A DNA stretch of 64,000 nt from Orbicella franksi. Taxonomy: Eukaryota. The first letter of the stretch is position 1; every line of letters starts with the position of its first letter. The DNA lies in assembly GCA_964199315.1 (NCBI GenBank), contig OZ116699.1, positions 32,116,001 through 32,180,000 on the forward strand, given 5' to 3'. The notes under the pieces are model-generated. The model made no database searches and was not told where the DNA came from. It saw only the letters and a list, made by a program, of their open reading frames with translations. Made by a program: the position numbers and the translations under genes. This document shows positions 23,301 to 36,900 of the stretch, piece by piece.

Positions 23301-24669
23301 GAAAATACTGACGTAAATTGTTATTGAAAAAGACTTATTTCACTGACCTTATGTAGAGAGCTGTGTTTAATTTTGAATCGTGTGCTTGCTCAGCATTGCG
23401 ATGGTAAAGTCCCGTTGCAGTATTTTCCCCGGTTTATTTCAGGCTGTGACAAAACACTGCTGTACCAAGCTGATCTCAGGATCCCCTTTAACCTCAATCA
23501 ACATTTATGAGCACAATTTTTAATTGCAGATTACTCGATTAGCCTTTGAACGTGGTGAACAGTTTTTTTCTTTTGGTTGCTTTGGATTGTCAGTTAACTT
23601 TCCTCTAAATAGTTTTTCCTAATTGTTTGGAGATTTCGGCGTCAACGAGGATTCAATATTTCATGTTTGTACATGGCAATTAATACCTTGAACTGGACTT
23701 GAGACTTGATACCATACCACCTAACAAAGAAATGGGAACCTGATCAAAATGAATAAATTGAATTGCAACTAAGAAACAGTTTTTAGGTCAAGTGGTGGCT
23801 GGACAACGAAAACTGTGTTTCACAAAATATGTATATCATGAAAGCGAACACACGGTGTCCTGACCTCAATAAAGATGACAGAAATGATGTTATGTTTTGT
23901 AGGACTCGGTTCACTTTCTGATTGAACTCAGAAATATTGGTTCCGAATGGAAGGGTCTAGGAATTGCAGTCAAATACTCGGATTTACTCGTCTTGACTAT
24001 TCTTTGTGCTCAGTCGAGAAAAAGAAAAATTTCACGTCCTTTCAAAGGAAAAGCCACAAAACTCTTCAAGAGATGTCGCAGTGATTTCCCTATTTCAAGG
24101 GCCTGCATTAAAGACTAACAGTTTCCAAACTATTTCCGGTTGGCATTCTCTCAACTTTTCCACTTCGGCAATCAGAATTGTTACGTAGGATAATAATAGC
24201 GTGTGGCGGAAATTTAATTTTAGCTTTGAAGCGCAATAAGACAAGATTGAAGAAAATAATTACAGGTAAGCCATTAGAAACATGTTCCATAAATAATTTA
24301 TCGCCAATAACTTTGAGCTTTCGGGCTGGCTTTTGCATTTCATAAAAAAACATAAATGAAACCTCCCATACGTGGGTTGTGTTAAACAGAAATTGCCCTC
24401 GTCAGGAAAACATTTTCGCTCGTTATCCTTCTCTCTGCCCACGGGTCCTCTCAAAAAAAATATTTCTTTACTTACATAAATAAAAACACTGGGCTACGCT
24501 GTACAGTACATAGCCATTCCATCTCAAAGTCACGATGTTGAATTGTTTCAAGTACAATTCTATTCGTAAACTGAAACGATGAATTTTAAGAGGGCAGTCA
24601 GGGCAGTAATGTTTTTGTTTTCATTGTTGTGAAAATTCAACAAGAAACCATAGATAAAAGAGAGTGGCC

Positions 24670-24810
24670 GCCAACCAATCAAAACAACCCTAGCGATCCA
24701 AACAAGAGAACTGACCACTCGGGGAAGCCCTTTTCCGTGTACTATTTGATTGACAGGCGCAGCGTATGCGACATGTCATCTAATTTATGCACAGAGCACA
24801 CGATTGGCTA
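24670..24810 (+). promoter_or_regulatory. Putative promoter of the receptor gene (CCAAT boxes)
   Basis: CCAAT at 24675-24679 and ATTGG at 24803-24807, ~180-300 bp upstream of the ATG at 24982, in a region with noticeably more CpG than the downstream introns. TSS not determined. Confidence 0.35.
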
Positions 24811-24981
24811 GCTCTGGAGAGTGTCTTTATTAGCTTCGTTTATTGGTTCTGGTAATAGCAGGGAAGACATGTCACATTTCATCTGTCAGCAAAAGAAATC
24901 AACATTAAGTCTCCAGTTTCCAACCTCAAACGCTTAGTAGCTGAATGTCGTTGTAATTTTAGAACGGATCGTAAAGGCCAA

Positions 24982-27900
24982 ATGTTCTTCTCTTTGCTTG
25001 TAGCATTTTGGATGACCTATGAAGTTGCGGGTAAGTGAGTTTGAAACGCGCTGCGCCGCATTTACATTTGCATCACGTACCGCAAATGTTTCTGCTTTTA
25101 CATCGGCGAAGCTCCTTTAACACTACAACCTAGGTGATCCCCGGGTGGGGAATTGGAGGCTGCAATCGAAACAAGCAAACTTGGAACGAGCTGAACGTAG
25201 AAGTAACCCCGGTGAAGCGTGAGATGGTTGTTGGATGATAGCGATTGTTTTGAGAGCAAAGCAAGTCAAGCGCGGCAGCTGCTCATACAATGGTGCTCCC
25301 GTACTCCGTGATGTTAATTCGATGAGACTCAGTTGTGCGTTTTACGTCCCGATCATAGACTGACTGGATCGAATGGGACTTTATGCTAATGTTCTTTTGG
25401 AAACTTTGCAGTACTGTTTTGTTTTGTCTATAGTTTGTCTGTTTACGTTTCTTGGTGCAGAAAATTCAACGTTAATGGCGAACGAACGTAGCGAACGCTT
25501 CAACCGCAAAACTATTCCGGCACCTTTTCATACTAACATGGAGGGGTGACTGCCGCCGATCTCAGATTGTTAAATGTACCTGCAGTTGCCCTACGAATTA
25601 CCCTATAAGTAAAGGTCACCATTTACAATGTAGTTGCTATTCATTTGTCGAATAACTGAAGGAATTTTCTTCCAACGAGCGGTTCTGAAGGGCGGTTCGC
25701 GCTTATAATGCGACAGGCATCAAAACAATGTCCACCAGTTCCTACAACTTTCTCACACCAGTTGGCGAATTCTTTTAACCCTTTTGTATGTAGGTTGTGA
25801 TTTGTTGTAGAATAAATCATTTTTCGGTAGGGCTTTATTAGACTCTGACTGACTACGTGCTATACATTATTTCAGGCGCTTTCTCGGGGCCCCTGGTTCC
25901 TCTGGGCTTTAGCCAAGAACCCGTGAACACAGTAGCTCGTAAAAATGAGCCCGTTACATTGAACTGTCGAGTGGAGGGTTCACCTCCTCCTTCCAGGATA
26001 ACGTGGGAGAAAGATGGACAGAAAATCGTCGCCGATTCTAGGAGACATATAGCACCCAATGGAGCATTGATTATCACCAGCGTAATTCACAAGCGGGCGA
26101 AAAACAATACTGATGTTGGAGAATATCAGTGCTTTGCGTCAAGCTCGATGGGCAGAATAGCAAGTCACAAAGTACATTTGGATATCGCTGGTAAGAGACA
26201 AATGAAATCATGTTTGTAAATCATTTTAGGGGTTTCAAACAAATTCAGTGACGTGACCTTAGATGTTCATGTTCCCGACACGGACAGATTAGTTTGTTGA
26301 ATCGTGCAGTTTCTTTCTTATACCATCGTTGAAACGCTAAAGCTCGACGTTCTTCCGGCTGCATGTAAGCGTATATTTAGTCCGATTGTTGAAGACCCAT
26401 GGCTTTCCAGGTCAATCTGCATGTGTTGGCTTTACATTTTAACGGAAAGCGAGTAAAAGCCGAGAAAACTCAGTTGCTATCGTTTATGTAAATTCTGTTG
26501 CCAATTTTGTATTTACATCTTTGCTTTTTTTTCTCGTGATCACGCGATTGTTCTTTGATTGCGTGTTTCTGCTTCATTTTTCCTTTTCTATTGAGCGATT
26601 CAGTTATCTACTTTAACATGAGAAGAGAGTAATTTGTATCAAAACATGTTTACAATATTTCAGTGACCCGTGCGTTTAACCTCCAAGAGAAACAGAAGGA
26701 GTTGCATTTTGGAAGGTTGGAGCATCGATCGTAGATGGGCGCTCTTCAATAATAGTGTTTTTCTAACACTGTCATATATTGTTTGTTTTATCTTCTTACA
26801 CGCAGCTTATTCACTCAAAATCTTAACCTTTACAGTTTTATGCGTAACTTTATAAGTGTAAATATTGCGTCTTTTGACGATGAGGAGAAAGGTTAAGCTT
26901 ATAAGTACAGGGTACTGCACTTTGTTCCAGCGACCAAGCGGCAATCGAATACTTGTTATGCGTGTTCTTGCCACAATAAACGTTGCAGTAGAATGTATGG
27001 CATTGATTGATCAAATTCTTCCATTTTTTAGTTATCGGCGAAACGTAACAAATATTCGTATCCTGTAGGTAGAGAACCAAGAATGATTTTTATCGCCTCT
27101 CTCCGCTGTTGGGGTTAGACGTTCCTACAATCTTGTTGCAACGTTGAAGGCATTAGCAAGGCCGTTAAAGGCGTTAGCCTTTAGTGTGTATGCTAAGGCC
27201 GTACGTTTGGGATGTTGGCCTTTCGCCGAAACGTCAAAGGGTTTCTAGATATAAAGTTTAAATTCGGCGTTAATCTACGAGGCTACACATACACCACGCT
27301 GCGAAACAACAACTCGTCATTTAGCCGTGGTCGCATTATCATTATGTTGTACGGCACCTTTGACCTTATCAAAAAGAGAACCTCGTTTGCGGATATTCTC
27401 CATCGGCTATTTGTTTAATGTTTGTAATAGCGCACAAACGCGAGGATTTCGTTAGTGAAGAGTTTTATCGTTAGAGAGCGAAAATTAGGCTCGTGTTTAG
27501 GCTTGTCTTAAACATGGCGGTCCCTTTGAGTTAGCAAGCAAAACAGCAAGTTTCACTTTGGGTGATCCTTTGTCTCGTTGTCCAATAGCGATTAATGGCG
27601 CCTTGTAAAGAATGTCACGTGCTTACATAAGGATTTTGTTTTACAACTTGTTTGTGGTAAAATTACAGATAATTTTATTGACAGTGAAATTTACTCAGCT
27701 ATGCTCTAATCTGTCATCCAGGAATGTAAAGGGATAAATATCTAAATTATCATTTGAAACCATGGAAAAACAAAAATAAAATACTGAAAAAAAATCCAAA
27801 AATAAGCCCTCTTAGAACATCAATAAGCTATTTCCATTAAGAAATAGAAAACATGTACTGTGTTTCTATCAAGTTACAGAAACACGAGTGGAAGTTTGGG

Positions 27901-30900
27901 AGAATGAGAAATGCTGTGGTAGCACAAGCCACAAGCGAGTGTTTCCACAGCTTTTTCGAGTTCTCCCAAACTTTCATGAGTGTTTCTATAAGTCAATAGA
28001 AACACAGAGAACATGTTTTCTATTTCTTTTAAAAAACACTGTGACGAAAAAAAGGAAAACAACGTGTTAACTTTGATTATCAAAATGTAAATTCTCTTTG
28101 CTTGCGCCGTCATCGACAGCTTGTGCTAAGTCTGTGTTTCTATTGAGTTATAGAAACACAATTTTTAAGCGCATTTTCTTAGGACTGTTTTCTAAAACCA
28201 AATAGTGTCAATCTGCAAAAACAAAGCGAAAAGCCATATAATAGACAACTTGTTAACCTTGAACGTTTGGTCTTTAAGGGAAAATCCCAAACCTCAGCCT
28301 TGCAGTATTGACCTCGTTATCACTTGGTCAGAATGGCAATACTCGGCAATACTTGCTCTCAGTTGCTATTGCTCGGTCAATAGGACAAGGTCTCAGTCTG
28401 AGATTTTCCCGTAAAGACCTCACTCTGAGTTATTAAGTAGTTGGTTACACAGATCTCCAGAATTAAGCCAAAGAGTTTATTGATTTGTTCGAAACTGTCT
28501 GTTGATAGCCGAAGCTATGCACTTTATTAGGCATTAGAATCTCACAATGCAAGTTCAGGAGACACTTTGGGTTTATTTGTTTCTCTTGGCTTTTGTTCAA
28601 CAGGCATGTCCAGGAGATTCAATCATGAGCCTCAAAGTACAACAACCTGGGAAGGATCAGTGGCAAGATTTTCCTGTCAGATTCACAAAGCTGTTCCTCC
28701 CGCCACAATAACATGGGAGAAAGATGGCAGTTCTTTGAGTCCTAGTGACAGAATAGTCATTTTGGACCAAGGAGTACTCCAAATAAAAAATATTAAGAAA
28801 GCAGATGGAGGAAAGTATAGATGTATTGCAAAAAATGTTGCTAAAACACGACTAAGCCAGTTTGCAAGTCTTATTATACTGTCAGGTAAGAATGATTTTT
28901 TGTCTATTATAACTGGATTATTATGGTTATAATAATTAATGTATACCATTATGGCTAAGCCAATGAAAACTCTTGAATTGAATTATCCATTGATGCAGTT
29001 TTAAATAGTTGACATTTATTCCTTGAGTATGTGTTGTATACGGGATGATAGATAACCAATGTCCGTAATTAAGTCCAGGATCAAACATACACATTCAAAC
29101 ATTATAAGGGTGCTGAGAAGAGTTAGCCTTTCTTATGAAATTACTAAGCAGATTATAGAAATGCATTTGACACCTTGGATTCAGGATATAATATAATAAA
29201 TGTAAATGTATGGTGTATGTATAAGCATATTAAATGTATGCATCCATATTAATAAATATTTATGAATGTTTAAGTTAGTGACAGTTTGAGAGTGGATTAC
29301 ATTGAAAATAAACCAGAACAAAATTAGCGTTTGGTAACGTTGAGAATTGCATTTGTCATATCCTGGATTATTGATTATTGGGTATTCTTTTTATTGACTA
29401 AAACAGTGGGTTTTTTTTTGCAGATTTAGATGGGAACAGAACAAGGCTTAAGTTTCTTGGTCAACCTCGCAACATAACTGTTACTAAGGGAGGTTCAGCT
29501 ACCTTAGAATGTACTGCAACTGGATATCCAGTCCCGGTTGTGCGCTGGAAGAAATTGAATGGAAATGTGAGAGTCCATAGTGCATCTCATGGACTTAACA
29601 ACCTGAATTTCACCAACATCCTTGAAAGTGATGGAGGGAAATACGAGTGTCAAGCCAGTTCAGATGGAAAAACAATTTTCAGATCTGTGTGGCTTTTTGT
29701 CAGAGGTAATTGTCAGGTTTTTTGCAAATTTGTCTTAAAGTACTAGTTATTATCTGACTAACTGTTGCTCTGGGTTTTTTTGAGTAGTCCAATAATCATA
29801 ATATATTATTATGCATTGAAGCCTCAATCTCTATTTTTGTAAACTGCAGACAACTCTGCATATTCTGTCACCTGTCAACTACTGTCGTAACGCTACAGAG
29901 GAATTTGCCACCTGTCAAGAGCCAGAAAGCTACAACAAATTAACCATTTTGATTGCATTTTGGGCTACAGAATGTGGAAAATCTAGATAATGTTGGTGAA
30001 TGTTGATGTAGAAAACAATACAAAATGGACGGAAGTGGCTAAGGAGGGATTCAAAGGATACCCAAAGGATGGGAAAAAAAAAAATGGATATAAGTGAGGG
30101 AAAGACAAAAGTCCTAGCAACATATTTAATCTCCAGTAAATGGTTTCACTCAAAACTTAAAGTAAGATATGGTTTAAGTTCTTTGCAACAAAGTATAATA
30201 AGAGATTTATTTAGTTCAGTGTTTCATAACATTCAGCATAATCAAGGTCTTGGTAAGTATTCTCACCCTCTGTAGCCTTTGGCTGACGGCACTTACTTTG
30301 CCCTTAATTATGCTGGATGTCACAAAAAAGCCTCATCCATTGTTTATAGTTTTCTATTTTTATAAGATTTTTGTGTGTGCATGTTACATTGCAAAACAAC
30401 ATAACAGATGATGGGCTTGTCTGTGGGTTCCCCCTTCTCAATCTTGGCTCTAAAGAAATAAATCATGTAATCTAAACCTCTGTGCAATAAATACTCTCCT
30501 CAACATCTTTCACTAATTGTCATATAGTTTTAGCATGCGTTCAAGAAACATTTCAAGGTCATTCATACTAAGCCAACAATGACAGTTTGAGTCTAGTACT
30601 AATTACGAATGAGAAGGAGCACATTTGTACCAAAATACACAAACCCAAATTTGGAATTCAATGGGATTTCTATTAGAATTTTAAAGTAAAATTAAAGTTG
30701 AAGCCCCAATAGAGTTTCTAAAAGTAAATTCATGCAGTGGGAACTCAAAATAAAATTACACTTTTTTAAAGGAAAGTAGGGGCAAGGAAACAAGAGTGAC
30801 CAGCAGCTTTTAAAATACCAACATTTTGCAAAACATTGCACTCTGTCTTGGCTAACAATACCATTATTGTTTCTAGTCCCCCCTAAGTTTACAACAAAGC

Positions 30901-33900
30901 CTAGTAGTCTAAAATGGACCACTACTGAGCCCATTGAACTGAAATGTGCTGCCAGTGGCTCACCTGTACCATCACTATCCTGGCTCAAAAATGGCAATGA
31001 GCTGAGTTCTCAGGATGCAGCAAAAGTAAGATATTATGAAGGAGGGGCCATCTTGACAATATCCAGTGTTACCTCTAGCGATAGTGGAATGTACCAGTGC
31101 CTTGCAGAAAATAATGTTGGAAATGCTCAAGCCACAGCCAGTGTTATAGTTCACAGATCAGGTGAGATCATAGTGATACAAACATTTTTGGATGTATGTA
31201 GAGTAAACTACCAATTACAAAAAATGAAAGTAGATTGTAAGTAGTCTTAGTATTATATATTGTGTAAAGTTAGCTAATTAAATAATATTGAAAGAAGTGT
31301 AAGTATTTATATTTTGTATGGATGAGCTAATGGAAAACAAAATCGTGTTGTAATTAGTGTTTAACTTCAGTATTGATTATGGGTAGCACTCACACTGTAA
31401 GTAATGTAAGCCTTGTTAGTATTGTAATTACTGTAAGACAGTGTTGCAGGTAGTGTCAGTGTTAGTGCTGTACTGTTGAATGTTGGTTTTAAAAAATGTT
31501 AATCAAAAACAATTGTTTTGTAAAAAAGAAAACAACAAAAAAACAAAAAGAAACAACAATTTTTGGATTTTTGCTCAATCCTTGAATTGAGTTTTTACTA
31601 CAAACAGTATGTTGCGTAGCCTGCTCTTGTTACCATTAGTGTGTACTTTATACATTGTTGACATTTCCAGACGTATTCGTAGTGTCAAATTTATCATATG
31701 TCATGTACAAACTTTAAATGCACATATGTTCATTGTAGATGTCAGTTTTAAGAAAGTTTTAGGGGGCCATCTCTAGAATGTGTGTTAATGGAGCATGACA
31801 CCCTGGTATGTTGTGACATAACATGACTTGTGTGCTGTTTGAGGTTGAACCAATGTAGCAACTTAGTACATGAACCTACCTTTGTACTCTTTGTGTTTTT
31901 GCCCTTGGATGGCCAAGATAACTAAGCTTGTTGTAACAGTATGTTGTAATAATATGTAGTTATACATTCTTTCGGTCATCTTTAGTGGTTAAAGCAGTGA
32001 ATCCTGCCTTTATGTCTAGCCTTGCTATCAGTACTGGTTTTTTCTTTGGTTTGAGCTATAGACTGTCTAGCTATAAAAGATATTGTCCAAGACACTGCTC
32101 ACATTCTCAGTGAATTTGTATTTGCGTTTAAAGTGAAAAGCGTGCATACCTGTGGCTAATTGTCTATTTATTTATCGATTTAGAGGATCAGCCGGGGCCA
32201 CCAACTAATGTAGTTGCTTTGCCACATTCTTCATCATCCATCATTATAAGCTGGAGTCCTCCTGTTGGCAACTATTCAATTAGGGCCTATACAGTACATT
32301 ATCGGCAGTTAGACAATGTAAACAGCCCAGAAAATCAAGATGTTGTTGGCAAGGATACTAACAGTCGCGTAGTGTCTGGACTGTTTGGATTCACAAATTA
32401 CAGTTTATATGTTAAAGCATACACCAAAGTCATTGGGAGAGAGTCTGAAATAATCGTGCAAAGAACACTTCAAGGCAGTAAGTTGACTGTTCCATTATAA
32501 TATTGTAACATCAAGAATGTTTTGCTGCTGAGTTGCTGTCATGTGAAATTGGTTTTAGTTGTCATGTCCAGAAAATAGAGCATAGACAACCCAGAATGAT
32601 TAGTACAGAATGTAACTCTATGAAATTGGTTAACAGACTGTTTATATTGTTAGTTTATTTCCAGCATCAGTTTATCACTCAGTTCAGAGTGTAGAAGTCT
32701 TAAAACAAATGCTCCATGCGCCTGTCACCATGCAAGCAAAATTTTGTCACCCGTGGAACATGGGTGGTTCTAGAGCAGAGCCCTGCCTTTTACTCACACT
32801 CATCTGCATTTATTCCATTTAGGTCCATCCAGGCCTCCAGTTAACGTGAATGTCTCGAGTCAGACACCAGATGTAAGTACTCCATGGCATAATTTTATTT
32901 TTTATTATCCATCTGCACTCTGTAGAGTACAAATAACAGGTGAAACAAGTACAATTATTTCATGGTGTATGTACTTAGGAATCTGACTTCAATGCAGGTT
33001 AGTTGAGTACACACAACCCTAAAACAAAGTTAAACGGTTGGTTTGGGAAAAGAAATGTTGGATAATACATATCTAATTAGAAATTTAGTTGTGTAGTAGT
33101 GCTGTACTGTACAGATTTACTTGCCATTTGTATTCTGACTCCACTGAAAGACTTGAAAAAATCACTTAATAAAAATACTTGTTAATAATTATATTATTAC
33201 ATTTAGTGAAAATATTCTATTACAAATACTTAAGCAATACCCAATGTGCAGTTCTACATCTTACTATATTTCAACTGGTCCTAAAACATCATTAATCATA
33301 GTGATAACAATGTTAAATGCTCAGTATTGGTGCTACATCTCAGTCTAAACTGAGTCAGAGTAACAGAAGGAAAAAACTGTACCTGATCAGTCTAAAGGAT
33401 TGACTGGTTAACACACCACATTGCATATGAAGACATATATTTACCTGTACACCACATTACATTTTTTTTAGTTATATGCATGTAAGCATGTATAGAAGTA
33501 ATGATAAGACACGGGAGAGGTGTACCAGTTTTGAATTTGTTTCCCGTAACAATATTGGTATGTCAAATAGTCAGTTTCCTGTAGAAACTTGCACTCAGTA
33601 TGGTAGGTGAAAACTTAAGGTTACTTCCCACCCTCAGAGGTCAAAAAAATCGTTTTTTCTTTTATTTGACAAAATTTAAGTTCGTCATTTTATCTAGTGT
33701 TTCCAATGGAAAAACATTAAAAATCTCAAAAAGGGGCCGAGTTATTTAGAAAAAAACGTATTTTCAAGTAAAGTTAATAAACTAGGTAGGTGTCATAATC
33801 TTGTCAACCGGCTAGAACCCTGGGGAAATTTTCGCGGCAAACGCTCATCGCTCGTATTTCATGTCATTTGCATATTTTTATTTACATCACGCACCTGACA

Positions 33901-36900
33901 AAAATTCCCACGTGAAAGCTCTTTACGCTAACTTCTATGGAAAAACCAAAAGCAGAAAAAAGTCCTTGGGTAAAGAAAACGAAAAAAACCAGCCCAGAGA
34001 AGAAAGAAAAAGCTCCATATTGTCAAGGAAAGAAAAAAAAAAAAAACCCTTGCCGGGAGCAACAAAGGCTCTTGGTTTGGCCAAATGCCTTCGACAATCT
34101 CGGCATCTGCTGAAGATCCGGAGCATTCAAATATCCTTGGAACAAGTAGCTTAAAAATCAAAGTCAATGTCAGTGCAGGCTGCGAACAAGATTCTTCGTC
34201 GGAATCTGGCGGAAGCGATGAAGAAAATGAAACCTACCCAAGGGAACTCATTTCAGCAATAAAGGTATTTCTTAAGCTGTCCGTCGATTCCTTAACGTCT
34301 TGTTTTTCAGCGGCACATTTTCCACCTTAAACATTTTTGGCGCGGGTTTTGCCTTTGCCTTTGCCTTTGGTGTCTTTGCCCATTATATTACGTCGCTGTC
34401 CTAAATTGAACTCCACTGAGCGAGATAAAAAAAACATGTTGCAATGCGATGCTTTTCCCGGGAAATCTTGATCTATTGTCAGAGACACTAGGAGGTCCTG
34501 TTGTTGCATTGGTTGCAGTTTTATTAGGCGGGATAATCTCCAGGCATGGCGCGAGTTGTTTACGAACCTTTACAAGCTAAAATCTCGGATTTGATTTTTG
34601 GCGGAATACATCCACTTTGAGCAACTTTATAGGGTATGCAGATTTGACGGATTTTCGTGAAATTTCGCCAGAACATTTCAGAGATAATGACAAACCAAAG
34701 TGTGGCGGGAAATTTTGATATTTAACACATTTTTCCTGTGGCGTCCATTTACGCAACACGTCTCGCATAGTTTTAGCTACTCCAACTTTAGATGTGGATA
34801 TCTAGACAACCAATCAGAATATCGAAAAAGCCCGACACACTTTTGTTGATTGATGCCTTGTGAATAAGACTGTGCAGCCATTTTGCTCGTACTGCGGAAT
34901 TCGATAGCCTATAAATTCAATAGAAGAAGCCTCGGTCGTTTCACGCCTTACCGCCTCCTGACACTTCCTAAAAGAAAACATTGCTGAAATTGTATTTTTT
35001 TCGTAAAGTACAGTTATTAAGCTTTCTTATGATATATAGTTTGTTGGGGTCTTATTGAAACTGGCGCGCGTACGATTTTTTTCCCAAAGGGCACCCGCAA
35101 AGGTGGGAAGTAACCTTAAGTAATAATTTTTATTCAGACATCATTTATTTAAAACTATATACTAAGTCTTGCTTGAAAATCTACCTGTCTACAGAGTCTT
35201 GATGTTACATGGCAACCACCACCAAAAGACTATAGAAATGGCATCATAACAAAATATGTGATTTCCTATAAAGAAAGTAGTCCCAGAAGTCTTCAAAGTA
35301 CATTAGAAGCTCCAGGGCACATACTAAAGAAAACAATAAATGGATTGTCCAAAGGGAAAACTTACAGCATTACAGTGTCTGCAGCTACTGTGATAGGCAA
35401 TGGACCAGCAAGCAGACCAGTGACTGGAACAGTACTTCTTCAGTCAACCAATGGTAATGATAAAATGCTAAGCAGTTACATGTCTGCTCTGGAAGCTAGT
35501 CACATTAAGAAATCTCTTGGATATAATAATAATATAATATAAAACATATTTATGCAGGATAACAATTTCAGTTATAAAAACTGCTATCAATGTGGTAAAT
35601 GAATAATTAAATTTTAAATAATTAATAAAATGAAATATATAATATGCAAAAATCTAATAAACCTATATAAAAATCTAAAAATATAAATATAAAAAGAGAT
35701 AAAAAGACTAGTCAAGATTTAAGTTCATATACAATTATGTTGAAACCATGACAAAGCGCTACCAGTGCAAACTTGCAACTGTTTATTTTGTATGGCAGAT
35801 GGAAGCATGTAGTAATAACCCTGAAAAGAATATACGTTGTTGTAAGTGAACAATTTGTTGTCGTACTCCATGATGCCTGTTATCAACACATACAGTTTGT
35901 TTTAACACTAAAATGTAAATGTGTAGCGTGAAAATTATATAATGTAATATTATTTTAAAAACGTGATTTTTACCTTAGATGCCCTTGAAAACCAGAATCA
36001 CCTACTCCAAAAAAAAGTCTTACCAATCCACCTCTCCAACCTGTTGAATGGACTGTGAAAATCCTTTTCTTTAATTTTGTTTTTTCCATTTCGTTTTGAA
36101 ACAGTAATTAGTCCACCAACCCTATGGATAGCTGCAAAAAACTCAACTGTATTGAATGTAAAGTGGCTTCCTCCAAAATATGGTCAGGATTTTGTAAAAG
36201 AGTACCATTTATTTTATGTCCAACTTCAAGATGGCAAAACTGAAAAAGGTCCCTTCATTGTTGGAAAGCAGCATCGAAGCTATACTCTTAAAGGCTTGAG
36301 TAAGTTATCATTCTTTGTGTACTAATGGAATGTTAAAGCCCATACAGGCTATGGTGAATTTCAAGGTTTTTTTTTTTTTTTTTGAAATACTGTTATAGGG
36401 GATGGAGTTGATAGAGTTAACGGAGGGAGAGTTATCACATAAGAGAAATAGAGTGGACTTTTCAAGCTTCTGAGTTGTTTAATTCTGTATTTCAACATAA
36501 TAGAAACAAGCAAGATGCTGTGACAGTATTACTGTGCCTTTCAATAACATCCAGACTCTAAAATTCAAAGCTCAACTGACAAATGTGTTTTTCGCTACCG
36601 TCAATCAAATGTTCGGTGGTTCCTCCCAGCTTCCGAAAATTGCGGAGCACACAGTAATCAAATCGTTGAGCACAGTTCAGACAACGAAACAGTGCTCAAC
36701 AGTAGTCGGAAGCTGGTAAGAGTCGTCGAACGTTTAATTGCCGGTAGCGAAAAAACGCATTTGTCAGTTGAGTTTTGAATTTTAGAGTCCGTATATTATT
36801 GAAAGGCACGGTAATGTCAGCTTTGCACAGGTTTTGAATGTGGACAACCCATTCACAACATCATCATACTGTACAAAAGACAGCTAGAAGAGGACTGGAA

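Noticed and set aside
35980-36050. Extra receptor exon after CCTTAG|
   Set aside because: No donor in a compatible phase; exons 8 and 9 already join in frame.
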